This document shows positions 24,972-35,514 of a stretch of 35,514 nucleotides of DNA, in pieces. The stretch covers positions 1-35,514 of the forward strand of contig JNEM01010693.1 of the NCBI GenBank assembly GCA_000697335.1, read 5' to 3'. The notes beneath the pieces were generated by a model. The model did not search any database. It worked only from the letters and a program-made list of their open reading frames with translations, and was not told where the DNA came from. The stretch comes from Conidiobolus incongruus B7586 (lineage: Eukaryota). A program made the position numbers and the translations under genes. Positions within the stretch are counted from its first letter, which is position 1, and each line of letters starts with the position of its first letter.

Positions 24972-25675
24972 TATTTTATCACAAAATATTGATGCAAATC
25001 ATTAATTGATGATTATTTCTATTTATTGATGCACTATATTAGATAATGTTTGATATTAATTATTAATATTCTAAAGCACTAAATTTTAAAATACATTGCA
25101 ATTTATTCTATATAAACTTTATATATATTACCAAAGTAAAAAAATGTGTTTAGATAAATATATACATATTCATTATTTAGTTGTTTTTAAACCTAAGAGA
25201 AAATTTTCAAAACTAGATATAAATATCTAGTAATATAATATACAAGATTTTTAAAATATATTATTTAGATTACATCAAATCTTTACAATATAAATTATAT
25301 CTATAAGAATTATATCAGAAATATAATATATAGTTAATTTTTACAAGGTTTTGAAGCTAAAGATTAAATAAAACGTATTTGAAATTAATTTGATATGATA
25401 ATTTATATAAATTTTCTATCTAAAACTTTTTCAAAAAAATTTTTAACATAAAGAGCTAAATCATTTAAAGAAATATCCTGTTAATTTTCCTATAAAATAG
25501 TTAATTAAAAGTGATATAATAGATTATAAAGCTATATAAGAATAATATAATTATTATTTTTAATTGAAATTGCAATTAATATAGATATTATGAAATTCAA
25601 TATAAAATATCAGGGAGAATAATCGCAAAAATTTCCCAAAAATTTGATAAAGATTTGTTTATTAAATATTATTAA

Positions 25676-26293
25676 TTAGAATAAGAATAAGAAAGCAAGA
25701 GGTAAAGCGAAAGTGAACAATAATTTGTTATCGATATGGATCATGTTGGCATTGTTAGATCCATTAGCTTTAGCATTCTTGGCCAAGTTCTTGTACAAAT
25801 CTCCATTGCACTCTTGATCGCATTTGAAAACTTCAGTAAAATCAGTTTGGTTACATTTACTGGAACATTCAAGAGATTTCTTAGGATCAAAATCTTTCAT
25901 ACCGGCCTTCTCTCCCAAGCAAGTAACTACTTGAAGCTTGAGCTTACCTTCACATTCCTTTGCACATTTCTCTTTATCATCAGCAGTGCACTTTTTAGCA
26001 CAATCTTTATATTCATTTTCAGATTTTTTATCACATTCAGCGGAAATGGGTAAGAATTTCATGACAGATTCAGTTTCTTCAGACTTTAAACCATTAGCAG
26101 TAAGAGCGCATTGGACCAATTCATTTTCTTTTTTATCTTTACAGTCTTTCATTTTTTCGTTCTTGTCGGCACTAGTAGTAAGGTCATTGATCTTACATTG
26201 AAGAGCACTGGTACAAGGGAGTTTAGGAGATTCTTCAGTAGCGGCAGCCAAAATTGAGGCAACGGATAAGATTAAAGTATATTGCAATTTCAT
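25676..26293 (-). CDS. Secreted cysteine-rich (14 Cys) putative GPI-anchored surface protein, paralog 4, 205 aa
   Basis: Intact intronless ORF with signal peptide MKLQYTLILSVASILAA. Cys spacing matches paralog 1. C-terminus GSNNANMIHIDNKLLFTFALPLAFLFLF. Confidence 0.92.
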   Translation of the reverse strand: MKLQYTLILSVASILAAATEESPKLPCTSALQCKINDLTTSADKNEKMKDCKDKKENELVQCALTANGLKSEETESVMKFLPISAECDKKSENEYKDCAKKCTADDKEKCAKECEGKLKLQVVTCLGEKAGMKDFDPKKSLECSSKCNQTDFTEVFKCDQECNGDLYKNLAKNAKANGSNNANMIHIDNKLLFTFALPLAFLFLF

Positions 26294-26346
26294 CGTTATA
26301 TTATAGATTAAAATAGTTGGTTTGAATCATGATGTCAACCTTCTAG

Positions 26347-26356
26347 TATTTATATA
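26347..26356 (-). promoter_or_regulatory. Putative TATA box of paralog 4
   Basis: TATATAAATA on the minus strand, 54 nt upstream of the ATG. Confidence 0.5.
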
Positions 26357-29300
26357 TGAATAGTCATGGTTCAGATTTTGTCAAATTAAAACTTGTCTAT
26401 ATAATGATCAGGTGCAAATTCTATTTAAAAATATTTTACTGGTTTAAAATAGTTCATGAGAGAATTATATTAATTCTACGTCTGGGTATTTGGAGAATGG
26501 TTTGATATTAATATTAATTGCGATTTAATTATTTCCAAGTTAATATATAATTTGAATATCAAACTCTCTTGAGGGCGATCTTCTTGAATTGATATATTCT
26601 ATACATTAATCTGTCAAAATAATTAAATTAAGCAAGAGTTAGAGCAGTTGAAACAGTGGTGTTATTGGTATAAAATAGTGTATTGGAACAAGATGGGACA
26701 AATTACAATATATGTAAAACGATGGAATAATATGGTTGTTAAAGAGAAGTAGTGTTTATTGTGGAGTTGTAGACATGCTATACCAAAATTAATTGAAAAT
26801 AGAATTCAAATTTTCAATGAAATTCACCCTAATTCAGCAAAATCCACTCTTTCTACCAACTAAAGAATTCTCATTATAACCATTCAAATAGTCTTCAAAT
26901 TTAATTTTTTAAAAAATGAATGTCATTATATTAAACTGTATTCGTTCTGTTATTAAATGATTTAAGTAAATATAATATTATATATTAAATAATTTCTATA
27001 GTTATTACTCTTATTTTCATTATTTCAAATTTATCCAGTAAATATATTTCTATTGACTCAATTGACCTAAATACTTTCCAGTAAAAGTAATGTCAGAATG
27101 GAAACCTTGGAATCAAATACTCCTATCTGGATATCTTTCATCATTAGGTTTATTATACGTGAACATCATTATTCTATCCGAAGTTTTATTAGTCTCATTG
27201 TGACAAACTGAATTAAACCCAAGTTTAATATAGCTAAGGCAATAAACTATATTATCTTGTTTTCATTTCAATATTATTATTTTTGAAAGAAATTCAAACG
27301 ACAAAATTGATTTTATAAATTAGAATAGAGTTTTTTTATTAATATCAAAAGTGATATTAACTAATAATTAAACATACATAATCCAGTGAAATGATAATAT
27401 AGTCTTAAATTGATTTTCAAGGATATAAAATGAAAACATCATCTAAAAGTTCTTATGGATTCAGGTTATACCTTATTATTAATAAAATATTCAATTTAAT
27501 AAGTCGAGTTTATACTGAAAAAAGAAAAAATGTGGATGTTTTTAATTAAATGAGAAAATTAAAATTACTTTATCCCCATAATATATCATAAAATCTTGGA
27601 AAAAAATATCCAAATTGTCAATCAATAAATTAATAATTTCTAAACTAGAATATCGTAAATACAAATATAAAAATTATTTCAATAAAATGAGATAGGATTA
27701 TTGTTGTATTTTGAAATATTAAACATAATTTAACAAAGTATAGTCCAAGGTAAGATGGTAAAGTACTTGGGTTTGTTTGAGGCATTGAGCTAGATAAAGT
27801 GTCTAAAGTATTAAAGTTTTAAAAATTTTGTAAGCAAAAATTACAAAAATAAATATATCAATCTGCGCAAAAATCTTTCCAAATTATTTTTCATTGTTCA
27901 ACTTTATTATAATCAAATTTAAAGATTTCTATAAATTATTAAGTACAAATTTTATTCAATTAACAAACCAATATATTTGTTATTTTGAAAAATTAATTAT
28001 AAAATTGAGATCATTTTATATTTTACAAAAATATTTTGAGCTTTTATTATTTTGAAAATATAGTATTATTATCTATTTTGGCTTTAAACTATGTAGCCCA
28101 GAAGCGAATATTCTAAAATATATATAATGGACAATTAAATCATATGAGAGCATTGGTACTTATATATAAAATCGAATTTATAGATATAGTATGATGAAGT
28201 AGTTTTGTATCTCCCATTACAGGATTATTTTGTTCTCCTAGGTGGATAGAACCACCTTATTAAAATTTTTGTCTAAATTCATACATAATATTGCAATAAA
28301 TAATTTACAGTATAGAATATATAAGAGGCAATGAAAAATAATTCTAGCATTTCATTATTGTTTATTGACTTTAATTATTCAAATATAGAATAAATCGTCC
28401 GCTTAGAATATTTATTAACTAGTAAATCTAACAAATATCCATAATGGATTATCTATATATTTGGTTTTGCTTGAGATTTTATAGTTAAATGAGTCTACAC
28501 TAGTGGATTGGGTAGTGCTATTACTTTATAATCTCAGTCCTGATCTAAATATTACTATATCTACTTTTAAATATTATTACAATTATGAAATAATCATTTT
28601 TAATTAATGGAAAATAATCTTATGAATCATTCTAAAAGAACACATATAGATATAAATAATAGTCTAAATAAATAGTTTAACTAAATAGTTATAAGATTGG
28701 TCTTGGCACAACCATCAAGTTTTGAGTCAAATATTATAAGTCAATATCTTATGAATGTTAAATTGCTTGGCAATATCCCATTCAAGGAATATTTGATCCA
28801 ATAATAGGATAATGAATATTCATCTTTATGATATATTTTTCCTGTCAAGAATTTGAATATATAATCCAATTTTACAGATTGATTTTAACCTATTTCAAAA
28901 GTAAAATATTTGAAAAATCTATCAACATATTAATTTTATTATATATCATGAAATATTGTACTTTCACAAATTGGATGCTTTTATCCAATAAGATATATGA
29001 AACCTATTATTGTTCATATTAATCTAAAAAGTTTTGTACTAAATCAGAATATATAAATAAACACAGATGCTAAAATAATATATATTTAATTTGCTGATTT
29101 TTATCAATATTTTTTATATTAAAAATTGAAAAATGAATCAAAATGGTCAATTTAGAAGCTACAATCGAAACCAAGTCTTAGGGAAAAGAAAATTGTCATT
29201 TAACGAGCATTATAATCCCTAATTACCCTTAGTGTTTTCATAATCATTCTTTGAAGAATTTATATTAATGAAATATTACTTTATATAATAATGTAATAAA

Positions 29301-30318
29301 TTTCAATCAACTATTGAAATGTTGTATTCCAAAGTTAAGAGTCGATCTCGATTGGATAGTTAAGGCAATACTCTTTGTTAGATTATAACATTCACTGAGT
29401 CAACTATTTAAATAATTTACTATCAACCATCTTATTATAAATCACTTCAGAAACATAAATAATTAATTTCAATTAGCAAAGAATTGGAATTTTCATCTTT
29501 AATTTTACCAACTTAAATTACGTTATTCATTGATTTAATATTAAACTCTGAATTCTTTATATTAATGGATTTATATATTCACATATCCGTGTTCCATCTT
29601 TAAATTTATATACCAACAGAATCATTTGCACTAGTTTTTTTGAATATGCAATTTCATTTTAATATAATTTAGTATTTTTATATTCCATAGATCAAAATCA
29701 ATATTAAACTTCTTATAATCCAATAAATATTTATTTCAGTTATTCAATAAATGATGGTCTTCTTTGGTAATAATTAATATTATATGTTGTATTAAAAATT
29801 AAACTTCTGGTACTAATACTTTTCATTCTCTTAAAATGATAGAGTGATAAGAATAAATTAACAAAAATTATATATATATTAATACAAATTAATTGAATCA
29901 ATTTTTGAGTTTTATTAAATTCAAATCAAAATAGTAAATAAATTAATAGATTTGGGTTTGAAAATTTTAATCATATTGAAATAATTGATTTTTAATATAA
30001 ATTAAATTCTCGAAAATAAAAAGATATTGCTATATTACCTAAAAATATAAATAAAGGTAAGAAATATTTAGAAATGCGTCATTGAATATATTTTCAAAGG
30101 TTGATAGTTTAATTGAAAATGAATATGGATAATTATATTAAATTTGGAAATAATCATATGGATAATTTGAAGATTTAATTTAAATAGTATTATTATATAA
30201 TATACTCAAATATAAAATAGAAATATATAATACTATTTCCTATAAGTTAGAAGCTAATATGTATAATTTTCAAAAATAATCTGGATTAATTTTTAATACT
30301 TAATGAAAATTTTAATTA

Positions 30319-31582
30319 GTAGTATAGAAATTAATAATTGAACAATATTAGAATTAAAATTAAATAATAATATTAATATATAATTAATGCTATTTTTTTA
30401 TTAATTGCTATTTTCTATACTTTTGGCAAGTTTCTGACATTTAAAAAATAGTTCTTTTTATTAAAAATTGAGATTTACTATTTTATAAAATAATTTAATT
30501 TATTTTCAGGAATTTTTTTTCAAGAATATTTTTTAATTACCAAAAATAATTATAATTATATAAGTTATAATCTAAATACATATTAAATGTAATAGTTCTC
30601 TCTATTTAATTTCATTTAGAAGATCCTTTATAACTTTAGCTTTATGTATTTACAATTATTAGGCTAAATAATAAGTATCTTAAATATTTATTATAAACTC
30701 CAATTAGAAATTATATTATTATAAAAATAATATAAAACTTATTATATATTGGTTAAATTTAAGACTATTTAAAAAGATAATATAATACTATATTAATCAA
30801 AATAATTAACATTTATATATAAATTAAAAAATTATCTATTAAAATTTGAAAAGAAAATTATTTTTGCTTAACCTAATATTTTGATTTATATATTAATAAA
30901 AAACCAAACAAAAGGATTTATATTATATTGATTTTATTAATTTATCATTAAAATCTTGGCCTTTTCTTATATTTTAGTAAGTTTTGTCTAGCTATAGCTA
31001 TTTAATTTTTTTAAATATTGGTCAAATTATAAAATATTTATTTTATAATTTTATTAACTAATCTAAGTTTAAACTTTAATATTTACTATATTTTTATATA
31101 ATAAATATTATTATAATTTAATAATTCTTTAGCTAAAATAAAAGGGTATTTATGATATTTTTTTCTTATTTTATTGATTAATAAAAGCATAATAATAAAA
31201 ATTAACCTTGAGATTTAAATAATTTTTGAATAATAATCCTTTTAGCTTTGAAATGAAAAATTTAATAATAATTGATAGATTTATGTATTATATGATTATT
31301 ATCAGCTTTTTGTAAATTTTAATTGATTTTAAAAGATTTATAATTGAGTTTTAATAATATTAAAATAAAAAACTTTTGATGATTATAGTTTAGTATATAT
31401 AAATTAAATTTAACTTCAAGGTTTGAATTAAGAATATTTTGATAAAGAATATTAATAAACTATATATATTAATAATACTAATTCACTTATATATTTTAAA
31501 TATAAACTATATTTCACCATTAACAATATATATGAAAGATCAGAAATTAAAAAATTTACCATTTTTTTCCTTTCTAAATTAA
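30319..31582 (-). mobile_element. Mariner copy E, heavily degenerate, same subfamily as D
   Basis: The end gatcagaaattaaaaaatttaccatttttt is the reverse complement of the left end of D. Internal matches include cttttggcaagtttct..gttctttttatt and ataactttagctttatgtattt. Boundaries are approximate. Confidence 0.85.
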
Positions 31583-33000
31583 TAATAAAAGTAAGCTTAT
31601 ATTAAAGATTTAATATTATATTGATTTATTATATAGAATTATATATTATATATTGATATAGAGGAAGTTTTTAATTTTGTGATAAATATATTTTTAAAAC
31701 TATAATAAACTATTTTACCAATGTTTTATTTTTATCATAAATAAATTTTAAGATATATATATTTTATATATTAAAGATTCAGATTTTATAAAAATAATTT
31801 TGCTTAATATAAGCAATAATGTAAAAACATTTTATATTAATTTATAACTTATTTAACAAAAAAAATAATTATTATTAAATTAACATAATATAATTAATTA
31901 ATTCAAAGTCTTAATAATGATATTATTTTAAATATAAGCTCAATATATGTATGTTTTAAACTGAAAAATATTACTATTGAATTAATTTATATACAGGATA
32001 AAATTGATTATTGATATCGACTTCTTTTATTAATCTTGACATAATTAAATAAGTCTTCTATAAGTTTTTGATAATAATTTTTTAAATAAGCTATCAAAAT
32101 ATGAAAAAATTATGATTTAACAAATATTTTATCAATGATATAAAAAATTCCTAGATATAAATTATATAATAAAGACTATAACTATAAAAATTATTATAAT
32201 TAATGAAAAATAGTTTTCAATAATATAAAAACAAGGTTTCAAAAATACCAATATATTAATATTGTAATAATGCTATTTTAAGTTATAAGTGATTCCAATT
32301 ATTTTTCATCTTGAATTTTTTGAATAAAAGTTAGTTTTCATTATTATACATAATACCATATTTTTTAAATTATTTGATGATTTTTGAGAATTTTTCCAAT
32401 TAATCTGGTGATTGAGATATAATTTCTTACTTTTTCAAATGATTATTATTGGTTTTTATAGTAATTACTCCCTGGTATATATTATAAAGTAAAAAATTAT
32501 TCAAATAAATCACGAATATGGAAGATGAGCTTATATTTTAGTTATATAAGATATAATATATGCCTAATTTTCTAAATATATATTGATATAAAATTTAATT
32601 AAAGGGTACTTATATTTATTTAGTAAAATTGAATATTAATGACAATTGTCATTAAAAAATACTGAAATTAGCATTAATGAAAAATATAAAAATATATAAA
32701 AAATTAATAATTAGTATGTCAAAAATAATATATACTGGTATTTTTAATATCTAATATTAATGAACAAATTAAGAAATAAAAATAAGTATAAACTATTAGT
32801 TAAACTATTATAAATTAATGATCCAATAATGAAGACATTGAATTTGCAGATATTTTGTTATTTGAAAAATTCAAAAATATATTACATTCGATTTAAAAAA
32901 TTAACTAAATTATTTTGTTGATAAATATATGAAATATTTTAGAAACTTTATATTTTATTTCAAATAAAATAAAATTAATTGGTTTATTAAGATTGTTCAA

Positions 33001-33024
33001 TATATATATATATATATATATATA
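33001..33024. repeat. (TA)12 microsatellite
   Basis: Direct reading. Confidence 0.85.
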
Positions 33025-34978
33025 AAATAAAGATCAAATTAAAATTTTAAAATATTCAATAACTTTTGATTATGTCGAGAATTGGAATGTTCACTCGCCA
33101 TTCAACTTTTTTTCGAATGTAATCTACACATTAGTACATTACACGATCCTTGTATAATAAGAAATTCCGGACAATAATTACAAACGATGTTTTAAAACAT
33201 TGGCTAAGGACCGATAGTACTATAATATCACTACTGAGCACATATTTGCTCCGAGACCACCTCGATCATGGCCAAGCCCAAAATCATGATATTTTAATAA
33301 AACCCTTTAAAGAAGCTCGTTGGCCACCCTTGGCCTGATTATCAAGTCTACTTGATTCTTATTGCGAGGCTAGTTCCCAGCAGATCTGTAACAAAATCAA
33401 TTTTTGATTGATTTCAATATATTTTAACCAATTAAACTAGATAAAATGAAATTTCTTATATTCAGATATAATATTAAATTTTGTTCAATATATTGAATTG
33501 ATATTATAATTATATTTTAACTCTATATAAAAAATAATTTATTTGATATCCATTTATCTCTTTTTTTATAATTTTAAAATTCTAAAAAATATAATACTTC
33601 AATTATCCAATATTATTACTGAGATAATGATACGATTTTGGAAAATAATTTTGAAATGATTAAAAGAATATAAATTTAAGATATAGTAATATGAATTTTC
33701 ATTTTGTATATTTTATTATCTAATGTTATAAACATAGCTATAATATGCTTGAATAGAAACTTTACAATAACCTTATAATTTATATATCAATTTTTTTAAT
33801 TAATTTTCAGTGTATATTATTATTAAAAAATATTAAACTTTATTCACTATTAACATTGTAATCGTAGGTAATATGAGATAACCCAATTATGAACTAATGG
33901 ATATAGATGATTATGAACGATATCTTTGTTATTTAAGTGTATATCAATCTATTATATACGGAGATTATAAATGCCTATATCGTTACATAAACTATATGGA
34001 GGTCTACATGGTAATATCATTGTAAACTCACAAGTGGGTAAATAGAGTAGAATGGTTACAAAAGTATATTCAATAATTTAATTAAACGAATGAAAGATTA
34101 AATCTATATTATATTTTAAATGTTTATAAAACTTTTGCATTCTAATCATTATATCTAATATTAAATTGCTTAATTCATTGTTTAAAAAAAACAGATTAAT
34201 AATAAATACAATATAATACGAAAATATTGCTATATACAAAATCAATAAATATTATTTATAAATAATATATTCAATAACATTAGCTAATTGATATTTTTAT
34301 TCTTTGGCAACGTTATTTAATGATAGCTCTATATTATTTTTACTTATAAATATTTAATAGGATGGTATTATTAAGATTAGTTATTGAACTTAATTTATAT
34401 TATAATAATTTTAATTATATATCATTATAATTTATCTTTAATTTTAATTTATCATTTCTATTTTATTTCCCCCTTTGCATTATTTATAATTTTGACATTA
34501 TAAAATATTTCTCAATGCCTTTATTTTCAAATATATTGAAAATATTACTTAATTTTTTAAGTGTTGAATACTAGTATATTATTAAATTTAATATTTTTAA
34601 AATATTTTTTATTTTCAATTGATTTGACCTTTTTTTATTAATATTATATTATTTAATAATATATTATTTAATATATATTTTATACTTTTTAAAATAATTA
34701 TAAAAAAATATATAATGAGTTTAATAAATATTATAATACAGTTATAAATTTTTATAATATTAATTATTTAATAATCAATATTAGTATTAATTTATAAAAA
34801 ATACCAACCTTATATTTTTAAAAATATTTTATTAAATTTATAATTATATTAATTTAATTCAATATTAAAAAAAACAAAGAATTTAAAATATAAGTTTATA
34901 TTTTTAAATTAATTCTATTGATATCTTGAAAATCATATAAATTAATAATGTAATTATTTATTCTTTTCAAAGAAAATA

Positions 34979-35514
34979 TACCAGCTTCCAAAAATAAGTC
35001 ATATATTTAACAATATTTATATTTTAATTATTATCTTAATCAATTTTTATTTTAATAAATTTATATTAAACTATGTAATTAATATATATTTTCTAATAAT
35101 AATATAATATCTATAGTTAAATTTAGTTAACTATTAATTAATATATTAAAACTAAATTATACCTAAAATAAGTAAAAGATTTATAAGTTTTAGTATTAAT
35201 AAAATAATTAATATTTAGTATATTTATCTTTTGCGATTTTAATATTTTAAGTTTATAAGATATAAAACTAGCTAGCTTCTTATATTATATAAAATTAATA
35301 TTATTCCAAGTTTTTTAAATATACTCTTAAAGTTGATTTTAATATTTTGGTAAAAGGGAAGTATTAATTAATTATTATAATTAATTTTAAAAATATTTAA
35401 TTAAATTAAAACTAAAAGATTAAAAAATTTATTTTATAATAATTATTTTGTTATTATTAAACTATTTAATAATAGAAATTATATTATAATAAAGGGTATT
35501 ATCTTGTTAAAAAA
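34979..35514 (-). mobile_element. Second Tc1-family element (3' half plus TIR), truncated by the window end
   Basis: Minus strand reads F*QDNTLYY..K*IF*SFSFNLIKYF*..TWNNI..AKDKYTKY* (stop 35208-35210). 34979-35195 aligns loosely with the TIR at 20917-21132. Confidence 0.8.

Noticed and set aside
25736..26201. Two plus-strand ORFs (105 aa and 87 aa)
   Set aside because: Antisense shadows of paralog 4; their F/S/L richness mirrors its K/E codons.
28828..29022. 64-aa ORF
   Set aside because: I/Y/F/K-rich composition typical of random AT-rich DNA, with no motif.
33200..33222. Resemblance of TGGCTAAG..TAGTA to the U2 snRNA 5' region
   Set aside because: Only 8 nt match; the branch-pairing GTGTAGTA context and the upstream stem are absent.
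33850..34070. Short protein-like stretch (MDIDDYERYLCYLSVYQ...)
   Set aside because: Under 50 codons between stops, with no recognisable motif or paralog in the window.

Overview
Extremely AT-rich eukaryotic DNA, most likely fungal (inferred from the chromovirus and the RIP-like mutation pattern; the taxon cannot be fixed from sequence alone). The host content is a co-oriented minus-strand array of four paralogs of an unrecognised secreted family with 14 cysteines and a probable GPI anchor. Two copies are intact (8805-9413, 25676-26293) and two are pseudogenes (12266-13003, ~14293-15092); the pseudogenes carry an extra ~15-aa repeat stalk. Dead transposons are interleaved with the array. These are one full-length chromodomain Ty3/Gypsy LTR retrotransposon (1547-7598; 399-bp LTRs, TAAAT target duplication) nested in a mariner, five DD34D mariner copies from two TIR subfamilies, and two DD34E Tc1 elements with long IR/DR-type ends. 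The transposons were inactivated largely by C>T/G>A transitions and are nearly CpG-free, whereas the host genes and pseudogenes keep CpG. All alignments and counts were made by eye.
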